In this document: positions 25,811 through 39,577 of the stretch, one piece after another
Layout of the letters: every line of letters starts with the position of its first letter
How positions within the stretch are numbered: the stretch's first letter is position 1
The notes under the pieces: generated by a model
The model's input: only the letters and a program-made list of their open reading frames with translations
Databases searched by the model: none
What the model was told of the DNA's origin: nothing
NCBI RefSeq assembly: GCF_006345805.1
Contig: NC_043006.1
Location: 37,944,001 to 38,008,000, forward strand
DNA length: 64,000 bases
From: Octopus sinensis
Taxonomy: Eukaryota
Direction: 5' to 3'
Made by a program: the position numbers and the translations under genes

Positions 25811-26859
25811 TTATTCTATACACATTCACACAAATTCAAAACTATATGTGTGTGTGTGTGTGTATACACAATCACACACAAATACACCCATTCATCTATG
25901 TATACATCTAACCTTTTATCTATATCTCTCTCTCACTCTCTATCTATTTATCTATCTTTGTCTCTCTATCTATTGATCTCTATATATATATCCATCCATT
26001 CATCTTCCAATCCATTTTTGATTATTCAGTTATCTATCCAGTTTTATTCAGTCACGTTTCTATAAGATATTTTCTTACTATTATCACACACACACACACA
26101 CACACACTCACTGATAATCTCATACACATTCATATACACATGAATGCATTTCCAATATTTCTCTTAATAGCTCCTTAATTTCAAAAAACATCGTAGATTC
26201 AATGGAAAATCAGGCCCACTAGACATTCATGCATGCATAAATATATTTATACACACAAACAAATATTATTTATACATATACACTCATATACATATATTTA
26301 TTTATACATGCACACCCATATATATATATATAGAGAGAGAGAGACTGATATATATTTACACAGATACATATAGTGTATATACAGATACATATACAGATAC
26401 ATATATACATACATACACACACAGATACTCATATGTACATTTATACAGTTACACATTCTATTATACACAAATACAATATTCAGAGACATAAACTTATGTA
26501 AATTTACACAAATACACTCACACACACACGCACACATACGCACACACGGAAGTTAGTATTGAGATTGGAGAGTGTAATATGACCAAACTGTGTATCGCAA
26601 TGTTGGTACCTACTGCTTCCACTTACTGTTAAAATATGACCAAAGCAGAAGAATAACAAAATCTCTCTAAACTGAACAACGACCAGGCTGTAGAAAATCT
26701 CAGAGATAAGAACATTATAAACAGAACATGATGAGCTTCAACGCATATTCTGAGGGGAATTTGGCAAACATAGATATCCATAACAGCACTAAACAAGTAC
26801 TCAATCTGAATTTTATATATAATTTGAATCTAAAATCGTAATTTACCATTTGAAAGAAA

Positions 26860-27150
26860 TTGGATACAGTACTCAGGTGAACTACAAGAAGAAAAAAAAA
26901 AGCCATCAAGCATGCAGTTGGCAAATTTCAGAAAGTATGGAAGTTTTGAAGAATCTAGTGTCATGATAGCTAACAACTGATGCGGGTAGTTTATTCCACG
27001 CTTCAACAATTCTGAGTGTGGAAAAATGTTTCCAAAGATATGGGTGTTGTGTTGTTATTCTTGGTTTTGTGAGCATGTCCATAAGTGTTTGACATATGGA
27101 ATTTAAAGGGATGTCCAAGGTTGTTGTTGGAAAGATGGTGCATAATATAT
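26860..27150 (-). mobile_element. Degenerate CR1-like LINE 3' end (same family as 31400-31980)
   Basis: WKHFSTLRIVEAWNKLPASVVSYHDTRFFKTSILSEI. Shares the cagtactcaggtg UTR motif with the 31.4 kb copy. Confidence 0.8.
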
Positions 27151-28282
27151 GAGAGGAATCGGATTAACATATTTGTCTTTGTAAGGAAGTGAGCTGGCAG
27201 AAGTGTTAGCATGTTGGGTGCAATGCTCAGTGGCATTTCGTCCATCTTCATGTTCTGAGTTCAAATACTGCTTAGGTCGACTTTGCCTTTCATTCATTTG
27301 GGGTTGATAAAATAAGTACTAGTTTTGCTGAACTGTCAAGTTATGGGGACATAAACAAACCAACACTGGTTTACAAGTGGCTGGGGAACAAACACAGAAA
27401 TACAAACACACACACACACACACATGCCATCTCTGAAGAGCATGAGCTATTACTTAAATATGTTGTTATACAACATCTGGTTTTAGTGCCCAGTGCAAAA
27501 CTGGTAAACTCAGCAGCAATGGGTCTATAATACTGCATATTTTGATTACAATATACACAAGTGTGTTGTGTGTGTGTGTGTGTGCATGTGTTTCTACAAA
27601 TGGCTTCTTTCATTTTCTATCTGCCATATCTATTTCACAAGGCTTTCACTGGTCAAGAGCCATTATAGAAGAAAACTTGTCGACGGTACCACACAGCGGG
27701 ACTGAACCCAAAACCATGTGGTCAGGAAGCCAACTTTTTAACCACACAGCCACTGCTGCACTTAATTTAAAAACAACCTCATAAAATGTAAGAGTAATAA
27801 GATTAATGTATTCAACATCATGAATAAAAGCCACACTCATTAATGTATAGTATGCACAATTTTTTCCCCCAGATTTTATAAACGTTGAAATTAAGAGGTG
27901 TACATTATACATGAGAACATTTTTGGTTTTAATGAAAAATCTAGATTTACACAATTTAAAACCCAGCAAAATTACCTACCAAACATTTGAGGAAGGCATT
28001 TTTTTTTTCTTTTTTTTTTCTTTTACACTTAAATGAAAATTAAAAATAGTGTTTCAATTTATTGCAATTTAGGCTGCATAATATCATTTTTTTATGCATA
28101 GAAAAATTCTATTTTAATTAAGCAAAAAAACTTTTGCAAAGTTTTAGAATAAGCACTCAGCCACAACAATTTATTTGTTGTTCTAAATTTCAAGAGAGAA
28201 GGAGAAAGAGAAAGAAAGAGAAGGCGAAAACTAGAACGGTATATTCAAAAAGAATTATCATTTATGTTTAACTTGTTTGTGA

Positions 28283-28640
28283 AGTGCATGGCCTAGTGGT
28301 TAGCATATTGTGTTCTCAATTGGTAAATTGTGAGTTCAATTCCTGGACTGGAGATCATGTTGTGTTCTTTACCAAAACAGTTCATTTCATGTTGCTTTTT
28401 TGGTGAGTGGCAAGCAGCATACCAAAGAATAGGCCCAATGTCTCCTCTGCATGTTATAAAAAGGTAAATAAAAGAGGTTGAAGCAGGATTTGCACTTTGT
28501 TCTTGTAGAACCCTTGCCAGCAACGACTCCCCAAACAGACCCATAAGTAGGAGGGTTGTCACTTGACTGGGGCAAAAGCGTCATTTGCCAAGAGTAGAGA
28601 ATCACCAACAAATGGTAGATGCAGCAACATGCTGTTACAG
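28283..28640 (+). mobile_element. SINE family E
   Basis: tRNA-like head (ggcctagtggttag, gagttcaattcc). Body ccaaacagacccata..aatcaccaacaaatgg.gatgc is homologous to the minus-strand copy at about 40830-41190. Confidence 0.7.
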
Positions 28641-28919
28641 CACATACCAACATACTACGACAACTACTACAGTTACTTTTACTTGTTTCGCTCATCGGAC
28701 TGTGGCCATACTGGGGCACTACGTTGAAGGTTGTCATTGAACAAATTGACCCCTGTAGTTCTTTTCTTCAGTTTGTTACTTATCCTAGTGGCCCCTTTTG
28801 CTGCACTGCTGACAGGGACAGAGCCCACTACATCAATAACATCCCACCATAGAAACCATGCCAAAAGAGACATTGGAGTTTGGAGCAGTCCTGAGTTTCA
28901 CCAGCCCCTGTTGAACCAT

Positions 28920-29230
28920 AGGTGACTTAATGGTTAAAGTATTTGGCTCATGATTATAAGGTCAGGGGTTCAACTCCTGGCAGCACATTGCAGTCTTGAG
29001 CAAGACACTTTATTTCATGTTGTTCCAGTTCACTCAAAAATGTGTAGTACTGGTAATTCAAAGGGACCAGCCTTCTCACATTTTATGCCACACTGAATCT
29101 CCCTCGGAAGTATGATAAGGGCATGTGAGTCGGTAGAGTGCTCAGCTGCTTGCACATTAATTTCACGAGCAAGCTGTTCATCAACCGGATCAACTGAAAT
29201 GCTCATTTTCGACACTGACCGAATGCCTGT
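28920..29230 (+). mobile_element. SINE family B
   Basis: tRNA-like head, cttgagcaagacactttatttca core, cttgcacattaatttcacgagcaag. Further copies at about 20660-20940 and 56692-57018(-). Confidence 0.75.
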
Positions 29231-29823
29231 TGCCATGTGAACAAGAAAAATGGAATTTAAGTGATGACGATGATGATGATGATGTCAAGAATACTTTTAA
29301 ATTTCAAATTATTGAAACATATAAAATATCAAATATTTAAATATTTCTTGAGAAATTGTGAGCAAATGAATTAAAAAAGAACTTTTGTAACTTTGGCAAT
29401 GCAGCCAATTTTTCTAAAGTCTTTTATGGCAGAATTGGTAGACAAATAAAAGAATGGTTGTTTGAAGTATTTCAAAATTTTTTACTGTTTTAGTCAATAA
29501 CTCATTAGTATGTGGTCTTAATTAAGCATCAAAAGAAAGTATATCATCTTTGACTTTATCCTTGTCATAAAATGGGTTCATTAGTAAACAAATGATTGGG
29601 AAGACTTACTAGGAAAACGAGGATGGAAAACTTAGCAGTGGAAATGCAGCACTGGGAAATGTCAAAGAAACTCACCCCTCACTCTCCCTCCCTCCATGTG
29701 TGTGTGTGTGTGTGTGTGTATGTGTGCACACACTTGCATGTGCATGTATGTGTGTGTGAATCTAACGCACATGCATTTTTCCCTCCTCTTGTACCTTCTT
29801 TTCCCTCTTCTGTACTTTCCTTC

Positions 29824-29860
29824 AGCATCTGATGAAGGACTATATCCGAAACGTCATTCT
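29824..29860 (+). ncRNA. Minimal type I hammerhead ribozyme motif (PLE-type)
   Basis: agcat CTGATGA a gga-ctata-tcc GAAAC GTC attct: intact core, 3-bp stem II, GUC triplet, stem I agcat/attct with one mismatch. Confidence 0.7.
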
Positions 29861-30280
29861 TTTATTCTATAACTTGTTTTCGCTTCTTTGAACATCAGCC
29901 AAATGTCCCTCGGCCTTTTGTTGTTTATTTTTATTTGTATTTGCATTCCTATCCATATAGATAAGACCCCTCAACTAAGCAGAGTATAAACTAGCAAAAT
30001 AAGAAACTATGATAGGGAGAGAAGAGCAGGTATCTTGCTGAAGACGTGAATGACTTTCCCACCTGGAAAGTGAAAGAGAGAAAGAGATGTGAAATCCAGG
30101 TACAACATGCATGTAAGACAGAATAAGAAGTGTACAGAGTATAAATAGTGTGACAGATAATTAGAGAAGGGGAATGAGTTGGACCGTATCAGGACAATTT
30201 CACCCAATGACAACTACCCCTAGGACAGTTACCCCACTTCTTGGTTAATTACCCCCTTTCCAATCTCCAATATATTAAGA

Positions 30281-30442
30281 AGGCATAGGAGTGGCTGTGT
30301 GGTAAGTAGCTTGCTTACAAACCACATGGTTCCGGGTTCAGTCCCACTGCATGGCACCTTGGGCAAGTGTCTTTTACTATAGCCTTGGGCCAACCAAAGC
30401 CTTGTGAGTGGATTTGGTAGACGGAAACTGAAAGAAGCCCGT

Positions 30443-30513
<71 letters not shown>

Positions 30514-30712
30514 TTGTGTGTCTGTGCTTTCCCCCCAACATCACTTGACAACCGATGCTGGTGTGTTTACGTCCCTGTAACTCAAAAGAGACGGATAGAA
30601 TAAGTACTAGGTTTACAAAGAATAAGTCCTGGATTCAATTTACTCAACTAAAGGCGGTGCTCCAGTATGGCCACAATCAAATGACTGAAACAAGTAAAAG
30701 AGTAAAAGAGTA
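30281..30712 (+). mobile_element. SINE family A, full length
   Basis: ggcataggagtggctgtgtggtaag head, gggttcagtccc B-box, internal (TA)(TG) microsatellite, tail ggcggtgctccag.atggcc..tgactgaaacaagtaaaagag. Confidence 0.9.
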
Positions 30713-31362
30713 AAGTTTTAAATCATCATCTGTTGCCCTCAGGGGTGATTAGCCATGAAAGGTAAATGTTCTAGACTCAAGTTGGACGCAGCGGCTATCA
30801 GTTCAGTGTAGCAGGAATTAAATAAAAGACACACATACACATACACACTTGCATGGTGGACTCTTTCTTCTGCACCAGGTCTTTTAGAAAACACTTGTCC
30901 AAGGCGTTGCAGAGTGGGATTGAACCTGGAACCATGTCATTGGGAAGCAAATGACTAACCAGACAGCCATGCCTATGTAGTAAATAGTGAAAACTTAGAG
31001 CAGCTATTTAATTTCACCTACTTGGGCAGCACAATACGTGTGGACAGAAACAGTGGTGGCAAGGTCAGCATTCAAACTCAAAAAGCTGGAGCAGTATTTA
31101 GTAGACTCGTTAATGTTTGGAAATTAATTAAAAAGAATCAGCTAGGAAATTAAAATTGTAATCTGCAATATAATACACTTGTTTATTCTTTGCCAAGGGG
31201 GTAGAAGATAGCAATTACGTCAGTGATTGAACTCTCAACTACATGATAGACAGACCAACACCCTAAGAACTAGACCACATATACACACATATGCATATAT
31301 ATAAACACATACATGAATATACATGTGTATGTTCATATATATATATCATCATCATCATCATT

Positions 31363-31393
<31 letters not shown>

Positions 31394-31399
31394 ATATAT

Positions 31400-31980
31400 A
31401 TAATAATAATAAAACATTGTGTACAGTACTCAGGTGCACTACAACTCATCTAAAGTGTATATATAATCAGGTGTAGCTTCGGCGGATTTCGGAAAGCATG
31501 AGGGCCTTAAAGGATGCAGTGTCATGGCAGTCAACAACTGACGCAGGCAGTTTATTCCATGCTTCAGCAACTCTGAGCGTGAAAAAATGTTTCCGAAAGT
31601 CATGGGAGCTGTGTTGTTTTCTGACTTTGTAGGCATGTCCACGTGTGTTAGACACATGGAGATCGAAAAGGTGTTCAGTGTTGTTGTTGGTGAGGTGGTT
31701 GATAACTTTGTGGGTGTTTACCAAGTCCATCGCCAGATGCCGGAGCTTCAGTGAATCCATGCCCAGGGAAACAAGGCGCTCAGAATATGGTAGGTGTCTG
31801 ATGGAGGGTATGCGTTTGGTTGCACGTCTCTGGACAGATTCCAGGAGGTCAATGTTCTGAGCAAGATAGGGGTTCCAAACTGATGATGCGAATTCCAAGT
31901 GTGGTCGTACCATAGCTGTATACAGTTTTAAATAGATGGCTGGAGAGCGGCTAACAAAAGTCTTGCTGAGTGATGCCAAG
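31400..31980 (-). mobile_element. CR1-like LINE 3' fragment, open over the retained ORF2 end
   Basis: LYTAMVRPHLEFASSVWNPY..LLESVQRRATK..PYSERL..TRGH..HFFTLRVAEAWNKLP. 3' UTR and (TTA)n tail run into (TA)n. Confidence 0.92.
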
Positions 31981-32001
31981 ACATATATATATATGTATGC
32001 A

Positions 32002-32040
<39 letters not shown>

Positions 32041-32870
32041 ATATAGGTATATGTATGTACATACATATATACATACATATGCTCGATGTGTATTTTGTGT
32101 TCTAACAATTTCTTATGGAATGGTTAAGTGGAATAATGAAATATACATACACACACACATACATACATACATACATATATATATATGGATTCGTGTGTGT
32201 GTGTGTGTGTGTGTGTATATAGATTTGTGTGTATGTATATCTATCTATTTATCTATCTCTATGTATACATGTATGAGTTTGTGTGTATATGTATATGTAT
32301 ATAGATGCATATAAACACATGCACAAACACACACACACATGCACACAAACACGCACACACACACACACACATAGAACTGTATCAAACAGAAAACGAAGGT
32401 ATCCGAAAACAAAAACCAAAAAAAAAAAACACAACAAAAATTAGAAAGTAAATAAATTGTTGACTTTCCTTAAAGAAGAAAAAACATTTGATAAGTGAAT
32501 GCTTTAACCTTAGATTAGCCTGACATAACTGCTGCCACCCCCCCATTCACCATGCCCCACCCCACTACAACTGTACACCTCCCCCCCACTCCATGACTAC
32601 TACATGAAGAATAACAACATGAAACTTTAATAGATTAATTGAATTATTAATATAAATCAATAAAGTGTGGATGTGTGTAGGCATGTACACACACACACAC
32701 ATATATATACAGATGCATAAATATATATATATATATATACATATATATATACATACATACATATATGTGTGTGTGTATATATATATATGTATATACATGT
32801 GTGTGTTATGTGTGTGCGTGTGTATATATATAACTATATGCAGGCATAATTTATGGATAAACATCAGCAT

Positions 32871-32906
<36 letters not shown>

Positions 32907-34859
32907 CCACAAACATAAACACACACAAACATGTGAGTGTGTGTGTGTGTATGAGTTTTCATGGATAAGCACAAACACTAAAAATAAACATACACACATA
33001 TATACACATACACAAATATATATATATACACATACATATATGCACACACACACATATATATATATACATATATATAAATATGAACATGAACACATACACA
33101 CACACACACATACATATATGCACACACACACATATATATTCATATATATATGAACACGAACACACACACACACATATATATATATATATGCACACACACA
33201 CACATACATCCATGTGCATATATACTCACTAATGCCCACACATATATAGTATGCCCCCCCCCCCGTTATTCTACCACCATCCCCACCAACTTCGCCACCA
33301 CCTCCACCACCCTCTTACCCTTCTCTCTCTCTCTCTCTCTCTCTATTAAATTTATGGTACAGATGAAAGTTTGGGTTTTTTATGAAGGGACATTTTTTTG
33401 GTTTTTCTTAATGTTTTTCTTTTCCTCTCTTTCATGTATTTTTTCATATGAAGGAGGGGGTGTGGGGGAGCAAAGAAGTGAGGCAGTGTGTGTGTAGGAG
33501 GGGTGGTGTTGTGTTCCTAATGCTGACTTTCCTTTTTTCTTCCTTATTCTTCACAGCTTGCTTTCTATCTTAATTCTCTGATTAACAGAAATCAATAAAC
33601 AATGATAGAATCTATTGAATGAAAAATAATATGTGTGTATATATGTGTGTAAGTGTGTGTGTATGTATATATATATATATATAAGACAAAAACAATCCAA
33701 AAAAATCAAAAGCCAAACACCCTGCTCACATAAAAAGAATAAGAATTATGAGGATGACGATGATGCTAATGGTGGTGGAGATGATGGTGTTGGAAGTGGC
33801 GGTGATGATAGACATAGTGGTGGTGGTGGTGGGTGATGACGATTATAGTGGTAGCTGTGATGATGGTGTTGATGGTGGTGGTGGTGATGGTGATAATGAT
33901 GGCGGTAGTGGTGATGGTGATGATGGTGTTGGTGGTGGTGGTGATGATGATGGTGGTGGTGGTTAAGGTGGTGGTGTTGGTGGTGGTGGTGGTGATGGTG
34001 ATGGTGATGGTAGTGGTGGTGATGGTGGTGGTGGTGGTTGTATTCCTGTTGATGGCAATGGTAATGATGATGATAATAGTGGTGGCGGTGATGATGATGA
34101 TGGTAGTAATGATGATGGTAGTAATGATGATGGTAGTAATGATGTTGATGATGATAACGATGGTGGTATTGGCGATGGAGTCGATGACAATAGATCATGT
34201 TGATAATGACGATGATGATTTCTAACTTAGACGGACAAGTCTACTTGGATAAATATATTCTCGCCAGTTAAATCACTCCTGCCCCTTTAACCCGTTCGTG
34301 ACTAGATCTTTGCTTAATATACACTGTCTAGATGTTTCAATTAATTCTAAAAATAATTAGTTTTGAAAATAATCAAGAATTTGAAAGGATTTAACAAAGT
34401 AATTAAATTTTTGTGTGTGTTAATCTAATATGTGGAATATCACTTAACAAAATGTTCTTTTATAAATTTATTTTAATCTCGTACATGTTTCAGTCATTGG
34501 ACAGCAGCCATTCTGGGGTACCATTTTGTAGGGTTTACTCAAACAAATCCATCTAAGTACTTTTGCCTTAAGTCTATTTCTTTATTGCCCACAAGGGGCT
34601 AAACATAGAGGGGACAAACAAGGACAGACAAAGGGATTAAGTCGATTACATCAATCCCAGTGTGTAACCGGTACTTAATTTATCGACCCCGAAAGGATGA
34701 AAGTCAAAGTTGACCTCAGCGGAATTTGAACTCAGAATGTAGCAACAGGTAAAATACTGCTAAGCTCGCTGATAATAACATTGATAGATGTTGTCATTTA
34801 TCCCCAGGTCAATCCTTATCAGGAAAGCCTACAACCAAGCCTGGACAAAGTAAAAGATA

Positions 34860-35376
34860 TCTATATATATAAAACTGTAGTTGTGTGAGTGTCTGTCTCC
34901 TACGATTTAGATTCCTAACTCCTCCCACATTTTGCGGTGCAGTTTAACCAAATTCGGGTATCTTATAGTCGTGATTAATATCGAGCCCGTCTGGCTATTA
35001 GCACGCGTCTACGATGAGTCTACGATTTTAAAAATAATTTAACATAATTTTTTATTCCATTTTAATGCATAATTTTTCGTGTGTCGATGGCGGCGGAGTT
35101 GGCGTCCACGCTCAAACACCTGCACCTGTGTTTGCTTCTCCCCCTTCTTCCCTCCCTCGTGAAGCTGTGGGGAAGGGAGTGTAAGGAAATCAACGTCGTA
35201 AAGCGTTGTCAAGGAGACCAGCGTTCTTTTAGAACAACGACTTCATGGCTTGAAGACACCAAAACAGAAATGGCTAAGAAAGCCCAAATTGGCATCTATA
35301 AAGGAAGTAACTCTCTAAAAATGCTTATATAGTTATTTCCCTTACAAATCCGAGCAACGCCGGGCGATACTGCTAG
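34860..35376 (+). mobile_element. Non-autonomous Helitron
   Basis: Begins a|TCtatatatataaaa. Ends with subterminal hairpin ccgagcaacgccggg followed by CTAG|t. A/T insertion site, no TSD, CpG-rich interior. Confidence 0.85.
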
Positions 35377-35460
35377 TAATGTATAAACATCGATATTCAA
35401 AGCTGTAATTACGATAATAACCAAAATGACAAGATAGTTTATTGATTGGTAAACATTATA

Positions 35461-35892
35461 GGCATAGGAGTGGCTGTGTGGTAAGTAGCTTGTTTACAAA
35501 CCACATGGTTCCGGGTTCAGTCCCACTGCATGGCACCTTGGACAAATGTCTTCTACTATAGCCTCAGGCCAACTAAAGCCTTGTGAGTGGATTTGGTAGA
35601 CAGAAATTGAAAGAAGCCCATCATATATGTGTGTGTGTCTGTGTGTGTGTGCGTGCATGTGTGTGTGTGTGCGTGTGTGTGTATGCTTGTGCATCAGTGT
35701 TTGTCACCCCAACATCGCTTAACAACTGATGCTGGTGTGTTTACGTCCACGTAACTTAGCAGTTCAGCAAAAGAGACCAATAGAATAAGTACAAAGCTTA
35801 CAAACAATAAGCCCCGGAGTTGATTAGCCTGATAAAGGCAGTGCCCCAGCATGGCCGCAGTCAAATGACCAAAACAAGTAAAAGAATAAAAG
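35461..35892 (+). mobile_element. SINE family A, full length
   Basis: Colinear with 30281-30712. Confidence 0.9.
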
Positions 35893-36027
35893 AATTATGG
35901 AGATGGCAGAATTGAAGACATAACAATTGATAAGAGTAGCAGAAGTTTGGAGATGACTGAAGAAAAATTATCAGGCAACCAATTACATTCTGAGAATTCT
36001 CAGCTGCAGAAACTTCAGAGGTTGGTA

Positions 36028-36922
36028 ATGGCACTCCGTCAGTTACGATGATGAGGGTTCCACATGATTCGATCAACGGAACAGCTTGCTCATGAAATTA
36101 ATGTGCAAGTGGCTGAGCACTCCACAGACATGTGTACCATTAACACTTTTGTGTTTAAACTGACCATATCCAGCCTAAATATTCTTCATCTTTTACATCC
36201 CGCCTGGCCATATCCAGCCTCTCACACCTAACCTACATTAACCAGCCATACCTGACCCAAATATTCTTCATATTTTATAACCAAACTGGCCATATCCAGC
36301 CTCTCACACCTAACCTACATTAACCAGCCATACCTGACCCAAATGTTCTTCATATTTTATAACCAAACTGGCCATATCCAGCCTCTCACACCTAACCTAC
36401 ATTAACCAGCCATACCTGACCCAAATGTTCTTCATATTTTATAACCAAACTGACCATATCCAGCCTCTCACACCTAACCTACATTAATCAGCCATACCTG
36501 ACCCAAATGTTCTTCATATTTTATATAGATATGACCAGTTTGAACTGGCCATATCCAGCCTTTTGCGCCTAACCTACATTGACATTCTAAAAATAAACAA
36601 TCATGTCATTGAAACCTCAAAGCTAGGAGATAATGCAGGATTAATTCAAAACAATTAGAGTGAAAAAGCTTTACAATTGACAGTACTACAATCTGAACCC
36701 TAAAGGGTTAAAACAGGTTCTCAAGGAGATTCAGCATGACACAGAATGTGACATGGCTGGCCCCTTTGAAATACAGGTACGACTCATTTTTGACAGTTGA
36801 TTACACTGGGGCAAACGTGAAATAAAGTGTTTCGCTTAAGACCACAACGTGCTACCAGGAACTGAACACATGACCTTAAGATCGTGAGCTGAATACCCTA
36901 ACCACTGTGCCCTGTGCCGTCA
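36028..36922 (-). mobile_element. SINE family B, interrupted by a piggyBac-like MITE
   Basis: Body up to gtaccaTTAA (36140-36143) resumes after 36711 as gttctcaaggagattcagc. Confidence 0.8.
36144..36707 (+). mobile_element. piggyBac-like MITE containing an 82-bp minisatellite
   Basis: TTAA on both sides (36140-36143 and 36708-36711), right end taaagggTTAA. Units start at 36204, 36286, 36368 and 36450, with a partial unit at 36545. Confidence 0.8.
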
Positions 36923-38901
36923 CAGGGGTTGATAAATAAAGTACCAGATAACTACTGAGGTCAATTCTTGTAGTTGTTAGTCTTCTTTCTTTGTCTTTCT
37001 GGCTCTCTGTCCCTTTTTATAGATGGGGAGCATTTAGAAAAGGTGCTGTGAGAAGGCTAGTTGTGTGGTGGCAGTGGTGACTGTGGAGGTGGTGAATGTA
37101 GTGGTGGTGGTGGTGAAGGTGGTGGTGGTGGTTGTGGTGGTGGAGGTGGCGGTGGTGGAGGTGGCAGTTGTGATGGTGGTGGTGGTGTTGAAGGTGGCGG
37201 TGGTGATGGTAGAGGTGGTGATCGTGGTGGTGGTGATAGTGGTAGTTGGTATTCACAATGGTGGTGATGGTGGTAGTAGTGGTGGTGAAGGTGGTGGTGA
37301 TGACGGTGGTAGCGATGATTGTCATGACAGTGGTGATGTAGGTGGTGGTGATGGTGGTGGTGGTGATGGTTGTAGTGGTAATGGTGGTGGTAGTGACGGT
37401 GATGGTAATGGTGGTAGTAGTGGTGCTGAAGGTGGTGGTGGTGGAGGTGGTAGTGGTGGTGGTGCTGATGGGCTGTGTATTAGGGCTCTTTCTCCAAATA
37501 TGGAGACGGAATGAGCTAGGCACTAGAAAACCTGATATGCGACTGGAACTGATGTGCAGCACATCACAGAATGAAAATACCTATGTGTATATGTGTGCAC
37601 GTGTTTGTTTGCGTGTGTGTGTGTGTGTGTCAGTGAGCATATGTGTGTGTGTTTGTGTTAGTGCATACGCATGGGTGTGTTTCTGTGTATGCGAGAGTTT
37701 GTGTGTGTGAATGTGTATTTATGTGTGCATCTGTATGTGTGTACTATACATGTATGTTTATCATGTGTATGCTTATGCGTGTGTGTTTATGTGTTCATGT
37801 ATGCATAACGTTTGTGTGTGTGTGTGTGTATTACATAAGTGATCATAATGTGTATGTATGCAAATTCTGTATGTTTGTGTGTGTGTGTGTGTATGTATAT
37901 TATGTGTGTGTATGATTAGTCTGTGTGTTGTTTGGGTCCTTAATATCTTGTTTATTCTTTTGTTTGTTTGTTTATTTCCAGAATGTTCTAAAAGAGAGAA
38001 TTTAGACTTAGAACATTGACTTTCAGATTGTCTCTACCTAATCTAATATTTTCCGATATTTATGTGCAATTTATGGTCTGTTGTTTCACTTTAATGTCTT
38101 CTTTTTCTTCTTTTTCAATAAATATATAAATATATTACCATCGCCGCCACCACCTCCACCGCCAACAACACCATCATAGCCACTATAGCCGCCACCACCA
38201 CCACCACCGCCACCTCCACTAGCATCATCATAGTCAGTTTCAATTTGGGTCGTTGCTTGCGAGAAATAGCAGCCAAATCTCCTTTGAATGATATTCTACA
38301 AGTTTAATAATAAACCAAAAAAAAGATACATTGAACTGATATACAAAGAGGTAGGATGGGCGTGGCTGGAATGGTTTTAATATTAGGTTTTCTCGACGAG
38401 GGTTGATTTGGAACTAAACTGCAATGATATTATCATTATCATTTTAATGGCCATATTTCCATAATGGCAGGTTTGGAAGAATTAGCTGAAAAGTATATCA
38501 CCAACCGCCACACATGCACACAAAATACACACACAATACATACTCATATGCATATAATACACTTACACGCACATATAATAGACACACATACACACACACG
38601 TATGTATGTGATGGATGGATCTCTCTGTTTCAATAATGAGGAATCAGCTGTTTGAACAGCTGAATTACCTGCTCATTGATATGTTCTTGCAGAATATTGG
38701 AAATGGATGCCGCTGCTTGTATAACAGTGACACTCATTTACAGCTATCGTGCTATGTCAAGACAAGGAAACAATAACATACATCCACACACACACCTTAC
38801 ATTTACCTTGGAGAACATTGGTGGCAGAGAAAGGAGAAGCGTGTATGTGGGGGTAACTAAGTGCTTGTCTTCCATTACAAAAGTAAAAAAAAAGTCATCA
38901 G

Positions 38902-39290
38902 AGGCGTAGGAGTGGCTATGTGGTAAGTAGCTTGCTTATGAACCACATGGTTCTGGGTTCAATCCCACTGCGTGGCACCTTGGGCAAGTATCTTCTACTA
39001 TAGCCTCGGGCCGACCAAAGCCTTGTGAGTGGATTTGGTAATTGGAAACTGAAAGAAGCTCATTGTATATGTGTGTGTGTATATGTTTGTGTGTCTGTGT
39101 TTGTCCCCCAAACATTGCTTGACAAATGATGCTGGTGTGTTTATGCCCCTGTAACTTAGCAGTTTGGCAAAAGAGACCGATAGAATAAGTACTAGGCTTA
39201 CAAAGAATAAGTCCTGCAGTTGATTTGCTTGACTAAAGGCGGCGCTCTAAGCATGGTCACAGTCACTTGACTGAAACAAGTAAAAGAGTC
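38902..39290 (+). mobile_element. SINE family A, full length
   Basis: Colinear with 30281-30712. Partial copies at about 13850-14225(-), 19920-20085(-), 25275-25420, 27325-27752(-), 50575-50725(-), 52740-52955(-), 54330-54690 and 57595-57895(-). Confidence 0.9.
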
Positions 39291-39577
39291 TCGCTTGCTT
39301 AGGTGGGCTTGCAAAAGCCATGGGCACTGACCTTTCCTCTAGGCCCAGCAAGTAAAGAAAAATCAAGAAAAATATAAAGCAAGAATGTTTTCCATATTTC
39401 TGTTTTGCATTGAGCCTGGTAAGACGCCCAGCAGATCGGTGAGTTTTGTAGTGGTCAAGTACAGCTTGAGATTTTGCAGACAATTGTTTGGCTTCAGACT
39501 AGCCATGATACAACAGTCCTATTATCTAAAACATTTCAACTTTGATCAGCCATTCTATTTAGACACAGTATGTCTAG

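Noticed and set aside
33520-33600. Strong plus-strand acceptor (gctgac + pyrimidine tract + cag at 33556)
   Set aside because: All three frames stop within 45 nt and no donor follows, so it cannot be supported as an exon.
33746-34225. Poly-His / poly-Val / poly-Gly ORFs (also 10067-10631, 37017-37562, 46023-46541)
   Set aside because: Open in several frames and on both strands because they are degenerate trinucleotide microsatellites. No splice or domain evidence.
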